DNA from: Schizochytrium sp. TIO01
Lineage: Eukaryota > Protista > Bigyra: Labyrinthulomycetes
DNA: 64,000 nt
NCBI GenBank assembly: GCA_004764695.1
Contig: SMSO01000031.1
Coordinates: 7,112,761-7,176,760, forward strand
Direction of reading: 5' to 3'
The position numbers and the translations under genes were made by a program. This document shows, piece after piece, positions 25,341 to 36,242 of this stretch; positions within the stretch are counted from its first letter, which is position 1; each line of letters begins with the position of its first letter. Under the pieces are notes generated by a model. That model made no database searches, was not told the DNA's origin, and saw nothing but the letters and a program-made list of their open reading frames with translations.

Positions 25341-25786
25341 TATCCTTTTGCTGCCAATTGCTTTGATGTGGTGAAAATGTGAAAAGCAGAATATATAAGT
25401 AGGTGAGCAACTACCAGCCTACCTTTCTTTGAGCTTGCTTTAGTTTTTGCCAAACTTAACACTTTGCTACTGGTACTTATAGTTAATCTTTGGCAAGATG
25501 CTGTCGACAAGTATAGCTTAGCAAACAAAAATTGAACAGTCATCTATGACGACCAATTTATGAAAGAGATGACAGCCAAAGTAAGATAGCAAGTTAGAGG
25601 CCAATATGTTATTGACATATGTTGTCATTTGGCGATCACGCCGAATTGTTTTGACGTTGAATATCAATTCGTAGATATCCTCCCATCTCCTGTTTAGAAA
25701 GTCTCTACTGGCAACTCCAGTGAGACCACATTTGTAAATGTTGTGTAAGACAGTGTGAAACAACACTGGAGCCATAATCTCCAACT

Positions 25787-25857
25787 GCGTCAGTGGTTTA
25801 GTGGTAAAATAGCTGTTTGCCATGCGGCTGCCCCGGGTTCGATTCCCGGCTGACGCT
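25787..25857 (+). tRNA. tRNA-Gly(GCC) copy 6
   Basis: Identical to copy 1. Confidence 0.97.
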
Positions 25858-26224
25858 TCTCTTTTTGCAATCAGATGCGTTTTGTATCACTACACGTTGT
25901 AGTATTCTCTGAATGCAAGCGATGGGGCTTGGAAGCTACATGTTTTTATTTTTTGTATTTTTTTCAATTGCTAGGTATCATCAACACATCTTCTTTATTA
26001 TTCAAAGAAGGAAAGAAAATCCTGGATTTTCACAGCGGTCAGCTTTGATTTCGCACTCAACATCATTAAAACATTAGAGTAACTCCCCTTGGTTTCAACG
26101 TTTTGCAAATGTTTTAATTCTCCAACCTACTTCTGTTTTAACACGAAACCAATGAAAAGAAAGAAAAAAATGAATGGCACCAAAATTGAGTATAACAATG
26201 GCCTAGCTCAGCAACAAAAAGATA

Positions 26225-26295
26225 AGCGTCAGCCGGGAATCGAACCCGGGGCAGCCGCATGGCAAACAGCTATTTTACCACTAAACCACTGACGC
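26225..26295 (-). tRNA. tRNA-Gly(GCC) copy 7
   Basis: Reverse complement of copy 1. Confidence 0.97.
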
Positions 26296-26810
26296 AGTTG
26301 AGGTTAAATTACGAAGATGCAACACTCCTTTTTCCAATAAGTTATAACCTTATTGACTGATTGTAAGTCAATGATGACTTTAAGAAACCTACATAATCTG
26401 TGTGGGGAAGTCCAATCAAGGAATACTATCCTGTTCACTCTTTGCTTTTGTTTATGCTATTTGGTTTTTAGCGAACTTTCGATCGAAACATACTAAGAAA
26501 TCTTCCCCACCAAGGATAAGGCAAGCTAAAACGATCCTGGTAGTAGCAAGCAGCAGGCACATACTTTCGAAGACGTAAGTACTGCTGTTCTGCGCATTTC
26601 GCGTTCTTGCCTGTTTACAAATTTGCGTGGGGAGAATAAAAGATAGGAACCAGTTGAGCTCATTTGGATGAGGCACAATATGAATGGAAGTGGAAAGCAA
26701 AGTAATACTATATCATTACAATATAAAAATAAGCTCGCTTTCCTACGAGGCAGAATGATTTTTAATTTTTTTATTTATTTAAATAATCACATGCAGATAT
26801 GGCAAAAAGA

Positions 26811-27452
26811 TTAAACAACATGACGAGGCTTATGTGCATCAGAGTCTTGAGCATCCACTAGAGGAAGGAAGACCACATTCTTAAGTATTTCAACGAACGA
26901 GATTGCTATGTTTGTAAGGAAAAAGACTGTCTCGTATTTGTACACCAGGCACTTACAAATTTGTAGCATGAGTACGAACAAGCTTGAGCGATCCATTTCC
27001 TTCCAAGTCAGCATGATCTCAACTAGAATTAAAAATACAACGACCGATTGCAGCACCATATGTAGAGGGTTTATTTGAGTCAATCCAACAAAACTTGCAA
27101 TGAGTTCTATCTCATCAACCAGGGAGCTAAGAGTGTCACGGAATGCATTAATTCCACTCTGTTTTTGGCTATGAAAATCGAGTATATTCAATGCACATAC
27201 AACCGCGAGTGATGTAGAATCAAAAGCCTTTTCCGTGATTGTAGTATTGACATGTAGCACACAAAGAATTAATGCAATCAATTTTGTTCCAATCAAAAAG
27301 ATTCTCAAACGCCTACCACTGCAAGATGCAACTGCTTCTTTGCAGCTCCAGCTTGAATAAACTTGGCTACAATGCAAGATAATTGAAACCAACAGGTCTA
27401 AGTTCTTTATCACCCATCGGGTATCAAGTTGTAGATCACTCCAGTTTACCAT
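26811..27452 (-). CDS. Uncharacterised multi-pass membrane protein embedded in the tRNA cluster
   Basis: 213-aa ATG-started ORF in AT-rich DNA with about 5-6 hydrophobic segments; no family recognised. Confidence 0.55.
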   Translation of the reverse strand: MVNWSDLQLDTRWVIKNLDLLVSIILHCSQVYSSWSCKEAVASCSGRRLRIFLIGTKLIALILCVLHVNTTITEKAFDSTSLAVVCALNILDFHSQKQSGINAFRDTLSSLVDEIELIASFVGLTQINPLHMVLQSVVVFLILVEIMLTWKEMDRSSLFVLMLQICKCLVYKYETVFFLTNIAISFVEILKNVVFLPLVDAQDSDAHKPRHVV

Positions 27453-27595
27453 ATTAAATTGATGCTCACATTAGTTGATACATGATTTCTATATATATCA
27501 TATATCTTTTTTTTAATTATGATCTTTTATTCTACTCAAACTATATATTGACCTAACCATCTTTCTTATCCAGTTCCTGAAATGGAATTAAATTC

Positions 27596-27666
27596 GCGTT
27601 AGTGGTTTAGTGGTAAAATAGCTGTTTGCCATGCGGCTGCCCCGGGTTCGATTCCCGGCTGACGCT
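27596..27666 (+). tRNA. tRNA-Gly(GCC) copy 8 (C5T variant)
   Basis: GCGTTAG variant followed by a long T run. Confidence 0.97.
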
Positions 27667-28072
27667 TCCTTTTTTTTAAAGTTAAATTTTTCCTCTTCTT
27701 AAATTCGGAAACAAGAAGAACACACCACCTGTGTCAAATTTAGACTCCTTTTTTTTTTCATACTTTTCATAAAAATTAAAAATCAAGCGTGTAGCGAATC
27801 TTCCGTCTCTGATCCCCGAACCTAATGATAACATCTGATTCCTTCGTATTACAAGTCAACATTCTTGAAAGAATACTACCGGGGCACAATATTTTATAAT
27901 TACTTGGCCTATTATCATTACTATTCAGGTTAAAAAATGGGGGTAGTGAGGATAATACTAATTATTGACTTTTACTTCTAGTAGGCGTTATAGCTTCAAT
28001 TCCATTATTGTTTAAAAATTGGATTCTAATTTATTTTTATTTAAAAAGTTTATCTAAAGAGATAAAAAAAGA

Positions 28073-28143
28073 AGCGTCAGCCGGGAATCGAACCCGGGGC
28101 AGCCGCATGGCAAACAGCTATTTTACCACTAAACCACTAACGC
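28073..28143 (-). tRNA. tRNA-Gly(GCC) copy 9 (C5T variant)
   Basis: Reverse-complement GCGTTAG variant. Confidence 0.97.
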
Positions 28144-28957
28144 AAATATGCTATGGATTTGAGCATGTCATATGGAAACCTGAAGACACATATATAGTTA
28201 AAGGGATAAGTTGATGAGACATGGTCAGTATTTTTTGTCCACTTTCTCAAAACTATTATTTAAAATGTTAGAAGAAAGCAAACATCTTACGTCTACTTGC
28301 TTAAATCTACTATTAGAAATGTTAGAATAACGCAAAAATCCCACACCAACTCTGTCAAGAATGTTATGAACCAAATAAGTAAACTAATTTAGGCACAATA
28401 GCATGATGTTCAAGTCATCTCTTTCCCAAGTTAGCATTGACTTCAATATTCTTTATTTAAATATTCTTGCTGGTTGACAACATTCCTGCTAGAATGGAAA
28501 GTCGCTGAGATTATGGGGCAAGAGCCTGGTGATTTGAAGAATATGATCTAGGTACTAAATTATCTTAGGAAATGAACAAAGTGACTTGCGCTCCTAAGTT
28601 TTTATCCACGTTTGTGCCGAATGCAATACTAAATTGATATACAGTGGATCTACGATTTTAGTAGCAGAAAGCGTAAGCCTGTTTTTCATAATGTTTTTCC
28701 TTTTCTTTTCTCTCTATTTTTATAAAATTAAACAAAAAGCGATTGCCGGAGCACAGCGATTCGGAGGAGCGAAGAGTCACCAGACCCTCTTCAAGTCCGA
28801 GACAAGCACCATTGGGATTACCTTGACTTTGGAATACTGTCGAGTTGGACGTAGAAAATTGTTTGAAAGAGTCCAGCAGTCTTGACTCGTGGACATTTGC
28901 TGAGAATCCCGGCGCCTTGGTCCTTTATTGTTCATTCTTGTTTGTGGTGTTGCGGAG

Positions 28958-30682
28958 ATGGCTCTAGCTCGGCTTCCGAAGTTTGTACGGGCCCATGTGC
29001 TTGACTTTCTGGGCACTGTTGATACTGGCAATGACTTAGAACTCGCTTTAGAACTGGGCGAGACCCTGGGTATTGGATGTGCTGCCGTTAGTGAAGCTGC
29101 GACGTGCAAGGCTGCTGATGAGGGTAAACTTCGGCATCTCCGTGAGGTTCATCTTGTAGGTCGGCATGGAGCTGGTCGTCTTGACGCTCTATGCAGGGCT
29201 GTGACAGAAGCTGATGGTGAAACCTCAATTACAGAGATTTCGATCCATGATCTTCGCGTTAATCCTGAGCGTGAGAAGGCTCTGCTTGAGAAATGCAAAC
29301 GCTTGGAGAAGGTCAGCCTTCGATCTGTAGGTCTAATTCAGCTTAGTATTTCGCGCTTAGCTACATGCATCCGCGAGCTTGACCTTAGCGAAAACAATCT
29401 GTCTAATGTGGAAAGCCTTCGAGGGATATCTCGTCTCCGCTCTCTAAATCTGAACGGAAATCATGTGCATGAGTCTGGTGCGATGGCTCTTGCTGACTTA
29501 GCTACGCAATATCACTGCCTGAAAAGGATTTACTTGGCGCGTTCCCAAGTTGGCCCGGAGGGCGCCCGTGCTCTTCTTTCTTGCCCAAACCTTGAGGAGT
29601 TGGACCTGAGTGGAAACTCTTTGGGGCGTGCAGGGGCTGATCATATTGTTGATGTATCGTCAACATGGACGTTAAAGAAATTGTGGGTTTCTCGGAATAG
29701 CTTGCCCGGCGAAGCATTCGAGAACCTTCGATCTTGGTCAACTCTCGAGGCACTCGATATCTCGCACAATCATCTCGGAGCAGAAGGTGGGAAGAGCGTC
29801 ATTGCAGCTGATGCACCTCATTTGCGTGAGTTGGTACTTGGGCACAATCAGCTAGGAGATCTAGACGAGACTCTGTCATCCCCGCTTTTAAATCTCCACC
29901 ATCTGGATGTGCAAGCTGCGCAGTACTCCTCTCCTGAGGCACTGGCTAAATTCATCTCTGGTCTGGCCGGGGCTATGCTGCTCGACCTTAACCTTGCCCA
30001 CTGTCATATTCAGGGAGAGGAGGCTGCCCAGGCTATTGCGAGCATGATGGATCACTTGCAGGCGCTCCACCTGACTGGAAATCATATTGGAGACGCTGGC
30101 GTTCGAGTTATTGCCGATGCGCTTAGCGATAATAGCACACTTGAGGTCTTAAACTTGGAGGATTGTCAAGTGGGTCCTGAAGGTGCAATGGCGCTTGCCT
30201 TGGCCTTACAGGATAACGACACGTTGGAAGATCTGGAATTGCGCTGCAACCTTCTCGGAAACCCTGGAGCAGAGGCGTTCGCACCCATCGTAGCTTCTCA
30301 GGAAACTAATCTGCGCCGTTTGAACTTGTCGTTCAATGACGTCACCGTGGAGTCTGTTTCATTTTTCATCTCAGCGATCGAGCATTCCAAGTTGCAATAC
30401 CTCGGTCTTGCAGACAACTTTCTGTCCATGGATGGCTTCAACCAGCTCAAGGAGGCACCGCGTCCTCTTGGGATGCGTGTTGACCTCCGGTCCTCTGCAG
30501 CTAGTCATGAAGACCGTGTTTCTGCTGCGATGGATCGTGAAACTGTGGCAGCCACAGCTGCAGGAACAGGAGCAAAAGCCTCTTCGTCGAAGCGTAAACA
30601 AAAGAAAAAGAAGGATAGCACAAAGACTACTAAGACGAAGAAGTCTACTCAGAAGCTTAAGCACAAGGTTGTTTCGATTTAA
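28958..30682 (+). CDS. RNI-like leucine-rich repeat protein (possible F-box-like N-terminus, Lys-rich C-terminal tail)
   Basis: Repeated LxxLxLxxNxIGxxGAxxLA units. ATG at 28958 (MALARLPKFVRAHVLDFL). SKRKQKKKK tail. Confidence 0.9.
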   Translation: MALARLPKFVRAHVLDFLGTVDTGNDLELALELGETLGIGCAAVSEAATCKAADEGKLRHLREVHLVGRHGAGRLDALCRAVTEADGETSITEISIHDLRVNPEREKALLEKCKRLEKVSLRSVGLIQLSISRLATCIRELDLSENNLSNVESLRGISRLRSLNLNGNHVHESGAMALADLATQYHCLKRIYLARSQVGPEGARALLSCPNLEELDLSGNSLGRAGADHIVDVSSTWTLKKLWVSRNSLPGEAFENLRSWSTLEALDISHNHLGAEGGKSVIAADAPHLRELVLGHNQLGDLDETLSSPLLNLHHLDVQAAQYSSPEALAKFISGLAGAMLLDLNLAHCHIQGEEAAQAIASMMDHLQALHLTGNHIGDAGVRVIADALSDNSTLEVLNLEDCQVGPEGAMALALALQDNDTLEDLELRCNLLGNPGAEAFAPIVASQETNLRRLNLSFNDVTVESVSFFISAIEHSKLQYLGLADNFLSMDGFNQLKEAPRPLGMRVDLRSSAASHEDRVSAAMDRETVAATAAGTGAKASSSKRKQKKKKDSTKTTKTKKSTQKLKHKVVSI

Positions 30683-31111
30683 TGGGATGCCTGGGCTCTC
30701 CTCTGGACAGGGGGTACAAGTACCAACTTGTGTATCCATTTTTTAGATCGTTCCAATGCGAGACACAGCGAATATGCAATGCACTGATGGGAAGGACATC
30801 GCTGCGACTGACCCGCATAGAATCTCAAGTGCCTCCTTGGTGCTATCTTATGAGTAATGTAGATTGAAATTAAAAAAATAAATAAAAGTACATGGTTATG
30901 CTTGAACACAATAAGATCACTAGGTACACCAAAGGACTTTAGGTGAATACACCTAGAACCTGTGCTTTCCAGAAGTGGCAAAGCACAATAAAAGCTGTGT
31001 TGCGCAAACAACATGGCAGGAAAGAGTTCAATTCATACAACTAATTTTCTGTCGTAAGGACGCCAGATAGCAGCGAGATTGAAATTTAATTAGACAAGAT
31101 AGCAAAGTAAT

Positions 31112-32713
31112 TTATACGTTTATTGTTGTGCAAGGGGGGCTGCTTCTGTGGCCTTGAGCATCAGGAGTTGAAGCCTTCTGTTCCTCGTTGTTTGACGCGG
31201 CAGAAGTTGCTGCAGTAGAGGTTGGTGCAGGAGCCGAAGACTGCTGTTGAGCTGGAGCTGACGAAGAGGGTTGATGGTTCTCGTAGTACTCCATGCTTTC
31301 CTGAAACCAAGCATTCGGGTGATTACCTGCCTCGCGTGGAACAACCCCAGGGTGAGCGAATTCAAAGTGCATACGGCAAGCCAGTTGTGGCTGCTTTTCG
31401 CGAACCTTTGCAAGAATCTGCTCAATTTGATCATTTGCTGTAGTTCCGAGCTGGCGCACAAGCTGCGCACGGAGAGCATGCTCTGATGAAGACCGAAAAG
31501 GGCACCCGTGAACCTCCCCGGGTCCGGAGGGTTGCTGTCCTTTGATGATTTGGACACAGTTTCGCGGCGTGTAGTTAGTTCGTTTACCTTCCTGACCATA
31601 TGCATGGCGGATATTGTACGAGTAGCGCTTGTTGAACTCGTCGTGTGAGATGGGCTTCTTGGTAAACTCTCGTGCAAAGAATTTCAGACAGTCTTGCAAA
31701 GTTAAACCAATACCTTTAAGAAACAGCTGAAACTGCAAACGCCCAAAGTGCTTTAAATGATGGTCACGTTTGATGTGTGCGTGACAGTTTCGCATGCACA
31801 GGGGGAATGACCTTGGGGCGACATCGTCAATGTTATCCACCGAGATGGAGCATCCCTGGGTATCACTACCGCTGCCCACACCGTAGCTAGGTCCCAGATA
31901 TGCGTTCTCAAGTTTCTTCAAGATCGGTCTGATGCGTTCCTCTTGACAGACATACGGAAGGGACTTGTAGGCCACGGCTAATTTCTGTGACATTGCCGCT
32001 CGAAATCTAGATGCAAGAATTGACACGAGATCTGTCTCCGGTACATAGGCCACACCTTGGTGCAAGAAGACGGCCCTCTTGGAGACCAGATCAAGCACCT
32101 CCGTGAAAGGGACCTTGAAATATGTCACACGATCAAATGCCTTCATTTGCGCTCCGCGCCAGGAATTTCCAGCAGAATAGACGCGTTCGAGAGCCACACG
32201 GTGCCGCTCGCGCTCTATCTGGGTCATGCTTGAAAACCCGAGACCGTTCTCATCCATGAAAGCTTGAACTTCCTTCATACCACGTCTCTGTCCAAACCTG
32301 AACTTAAAGAGTGCAAGCTCAAAGTTCAAGAACCTCCGTCGAAGCTCTTCTGTGGCGCTAAATGCTAATCTCAGTACCCAATGTGATGCATTGTCTGCGT
32401 CCAAGTCTTCCCTCGACCTGGCCTCCAGGTGAGTCCCGCGAACGGCCTCGCGCACAGCCTCGCCAATATCACCGCCTCGAGCTTGGGCATCCTCGACTTT
32501 GCTGAGCGCCCGGAGACGCTCCACAGCGAGACCTTCAAAGTCATCAAGGGACAATGCGTGCGCAGGTGGAAACTTATACAGCGTCAAAGAGCTCGGCATG
32601 GCTGTGCCAGAAAGGGCATCGTTGGGTCTTAAAGAAGCTTGCTTTGAGCGCTTCCATCCGCCCACTGCTCCGCCCGAGGGCCGGGCAGTCTTGCGGGCGC
32701 TACCAAACTGCAT
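31112..32713 (-). CDS. PRIM2: DNA primase large subunit
   Basis: SHWVLRLAF, FPLCMR, HLKHFGRLQFQLFLKGIGL, YNIRHAYGQEGKRTNYTP, HGCPF and HPNAWF motifs; all four Fe-S cysteines are present. Confidence 0.97.
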   Translation of the reverse strand: MQFGSARKTARPSGGAVGGWKRSKQASLRPNDALSGTAMPSSLTLYKFPPAHALSLDDFEGLAVERLRALSKVEDAQARGGDIGEAVREAVRGTHLEARSREDLDADNASHWVLRLAFSATEELRRRFLNFELALFKFRFGQRRGMKEVQAFMDENGLGFSSMTQIERERHRVALERVYSAGNSWRGAQMKAFDRVTYFKVPFTEVLDLVSKRAVFLHQGVAYVPETDLVSILASRFRAAMSQKLAVAYKSLPYVCQEERIRPILKKLENAYLGPSYGVGSGSDTQGCSISVDNIDDVAPRSFPLCMRNCHAHIKRDHHLKHFGRLQFQLFLKGIGLTLQDCLKFFAREFTKKPISHDEFNKRYSYNIRHAYGQEGKRTNYTPRNCVQIIKGQQPSGPGEVHGCPFRSSSEHALRAQLVRQLGTTANDQIEQILAKVREKQPQLACRMHFEFAHPGVVPREAGNHPNAWFQESMEYYENHQPSSSAPAQQQSSAPAPTSTAATSAASNNEEQKASTPDAQGHRSSPPCTTINV

Positions 32714-33025
32714 TGTACCAAGCTATATTGTTTGCGAATTGGCCGTTCGAGTTGGAGTCCTCGAACTTCGCAACGTGGTGATCGATTGATCAATCAATAA
32801 AGGAATGATTAAGATGAAGTATCATTTTTTTACTGTTGGTCGTTAGGTGAGTTCTCACTAGTAAAGTCTAAGAGATCACTACGAGTCCGTGGTTAGTCTC
32901 TGGGGACCATATTCTATTGAACTCTAGTTCTTTGCTCTAAGCAACGAAGTCTTCAAAAATCAATGATGAGGTTTTTGACGCTAGTTAGGCTTCACGAAGG
33001 CTTTGTCTTCGAGTTGCAGCAGAGA

Positions 33026-34250
33026 TCAAATAGAGAAACAATGAGAATCCGAAAATATTTCACATGTGGCGCTAAGATTTTTGGATAGGCGTGAATGTGA
33101 TAGGTTAGTAGTAAGACATGTTGCAATCGGAGCTACTTTACCAGGACTTCGGCATTGCAATGGCGATGTTATGCATTTGCATGGATTTGAAGTGCCCCCG
33201 TTTAAGAAACAGAAATTTGTAGTAGGCATGTAAATTTTTGGAAAAATTCTTATAAATATATGTGTGTGCAACGTAGATAGAGATCACGACATAAAGGCAT
33301 TTCCTTTTGGGATACTTGTTGATGTTGACGCGTAAGAAGATAATTTAGGGCTAAGCTTAGGGCAAGAGCTAATAGGTTATAACTCGCTCTGGCGCTTCGC
33401 TTACCACTTCCTTTATGGCAACCTTTAAAATCGCTCACAGATGTTAAAATTTCTTTTTTAAAGTAATAAATCATCTACAAAGCTAATCATGGCACCTCTC
33501 TTAAAGACTAACTATTTGATGTCTTGGTGAAATGATTGTTGCTTTGAGATAGTTTGTTTATTATAAAGTTGCAAAGTAATATGTTCAGTGTTTTGGACAA
33601 TGCGATTGCTTTGTATTTCTGTAAATCATTTTTCTTGCATTGTTTAGAGTTTTTTTACCCCAAAGGCGTCGTCCGCTGTTTCGGGGATATATGCGATGTA
33701 GTTAAAACCCCTAACATATATTTTGCACTCTGTCAAACCAGGCAAGTATTTTTTTAATTAAATCATTCCAAGTATTGAATCAATGTGTAGGCGTACCTAA
33801 TCCAATCGAGCCTACCCTTTCTGTTAGACTCTGCCCTGCTCATGACCGTAAAAACCTCGATAGCATCGTTTTGTCTTTCACATTTTCGACAACAATCACT
33901 CAACCACTTGCCAGGGCTCGCTCTCTTGTTAGACTACCTCTGTATGTTCCACCGCGCAAGCTTATCTTGAATGAACGAATATTTATTATTGAAAACACAA
34001 TACGAGTTGACAATCTCTTCTTCAAAGATTTCTTTGATCGTAATTGACACCTTTGGTGCAAAATAAGAGTTTGCTTCGAGAAGAGATTCGGCATATTTGA
34101 TACTACGCTGTGCCAGACTTGCTCCAGCCAACGCGTGGAAAAGCCAAAGGCAATAACTGAACAGAAACTAATAACAGAGTATCCCTTTCAGTTGCAAATT
34201 GATAAATCAAGATATCCTTCAATACAACTTGCTTCAAGAATCCCATAAAC
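33026..34250 (-). pseudogene. Pseudogene of an unknown ~400-aa protein
   Basis: Protein-like translation continues across several frameshifts and many stops (e.g. KYAESLLEANSYF...RLDWIRYAYTLIQYLE*...KYLPGLTECKIYVRGFNYIAYIPE). Confidence 0.45.
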
Positions 34251-35406
34251 TATCATTTGGAGGTGCTTTGATAGCTTGGCGGTTCAAAGGATCCTTGTGA
34301 AAGATGCTGCGGAGCTCATGTGTGAGAAAAGTTGGCCCTGGACGGTAGGAAGTACCTAACTAGTGCTAAGTACCTGCGCACGCGAAGGAGGTAGCTACTA
34401 CTTACCTACCATAGTAAGAGTCTTTAGCAGTCACAAAGGAAATATGAACAAGTACGCCAACTTCACTGAATGTCGAAACGAAGCAGGACAATTGTACATT
34501 AGGTACCTTCCTTTGCTATGAACGTCTACACGAACCGGACGCAGATGCAGCTCTGTCGATAAATCGACTTCTGCCCAATTAGAGTACTATCTGTTTTGGT
34601 CGGAGAATAGCTTTTCACTTCGAAGAAAGACTGTCTCAAGGTGGTAGATAAAACCGGATGTGAGGAGTACCTCCAGTATAGTCTCGAGGCAATCTACAAT
34701 AAGGGAAGCTAGATTCTTTAAGCTGCAACTACTGCATGGGCCCGCACCCTTAGTAGTATGCTTACGTTAGCATCAATGTTACAAAACATTGCAACCTATG
34801 CCATGTCCTGTGGTATTTTTCAACCCTGAAATATGCGCATCTAAAGTTACATTTTACTCCAAATGCTACGATAGCCTATACTTGTGCCGATGAGCGATAT
34901 GTTCTGCCTTGAGTTCTACCCCTGGCAAGTCAAAGTATCGATTGAACATTGAATCGATCAGTGTTAGTCTATCACAACACTGCTCACTCTGACATCGAAC
35001 CTGGCATTCTCAACTTGCCTCCAAGCGCCCAAACTCGAGGGTCCAGCAGCTGCTTCTCTTTTCTCCCATTTCTATTGACTCCAAGGGAGACGCCTCGGGG
35101 GCTGAGTTTGGCACATTCAAGCAACCTCGGTTATTAGTTCTGTCATACCTGATATTTTGTCGAATCAGCAGAGGCAGCTTTGTGCGAGTTGGATCCATCC
35201 TCAGCTGCACTTAGGCACCTAACTCTTTTCATTTCCTTCCAGTCATTTACCCAATTATTTCGGCAATCAATCCCAAGATGGTGTCGCCGCCATTTTACCC
35301 AACGATCAATCGCAAATCAAACGCAAATCAAACGCAAGTGAGCCAGCTCGCTCGCAGTGGTGGTCACTGGGCCCGAGCATCACACCACAAAACCCCCAAA
35401 AGAGGA

Positions 35407-35440
35407 GAAGAAGAAGAAGAAGAAGAAGAAGAAGAAGAAG

Positions 35441-35470
<30 letters not shown>
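35407..35470. repeat. (GAA)n trinucleotide repeat, ~21 units
   Basis: Seen directly. Confidence 0.95.
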
Positions 35471-35471
<1 letters not shown>

Positions 35472-36242
35472 GACCAGGCACGGCCGAGTGACAGGCGACG
35501 AGGCCCTTGCGTGCCGCATTTTGCAATGCACAAACAACCAAGTCGTCTTTAAAGTAAGAGCGCAGGCACTTGCTTCATTGGAATGGACCTCTTGAGGTCT
35601 CTGAGCTGGTTTAGACTAGCACTTCTCGCATGCGGCGCCTTCTTGCCCGGGGCCCCCCTCATGCGCCAGATCCTCCCCCTGTGAATAGTGGATAGCAGAG
35701 ACATCACAAAGTGCCAAAAGAAAATGGGGGGCAATGCGCGAGTCTGGAAGGGAGGGCGCGCGACTCTTTTTCAGTGAAAAGGAGCTCAAGCAAACTCGAA
35801 AAAGGGAGGCGCCAAGACCTCTTCCTCTTGGAGAGACTCGCGCACGCGCGGTCACCGAAGGGGGTGGCGTGCCTGCCGCAGGAGGGGAAGTTGGCAGAAT
35901 TGCCGCAAAGGCAGGCATCGCCGGCTGGAGGAACCGAGCGGACCCGGGAGCTTGTCCGCGTGCGTCCTGAAGCAGTGGCATTGACTCGTCTTTTTGAACC
36001 TGTTCGCTCGTTCAACACCTTTTTTTATTGTTATTAAAGTTGCTATTTTCTCCCTCTCTGTCTTTGTCTTTTTGTGTTTGTGTCTGTTTCCAAGTCTGAA
36101 AGAAAGGACATACATACGTACGCAAGCAGTGGATTGCTTGCTTGACTGATTGCAGCATTGTAAGCGAGGGGTCCCTCCCTGCACGTAGGTGACGACTGCT
36201 CGTGGAGTGGACTCAACACGCGGAAGGAGTAAGCGTGACAAG

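Noticed and set aside
23108-28143. Regularly spaced identical repeats resembling a CRISPR array or SINE family
   Set aside because: The repeats are complete 71-nt tRNA cloverleaves with Pol III terminators and 370-1300 bp spacers; there are no cas genes and no shared SINE body or tail.
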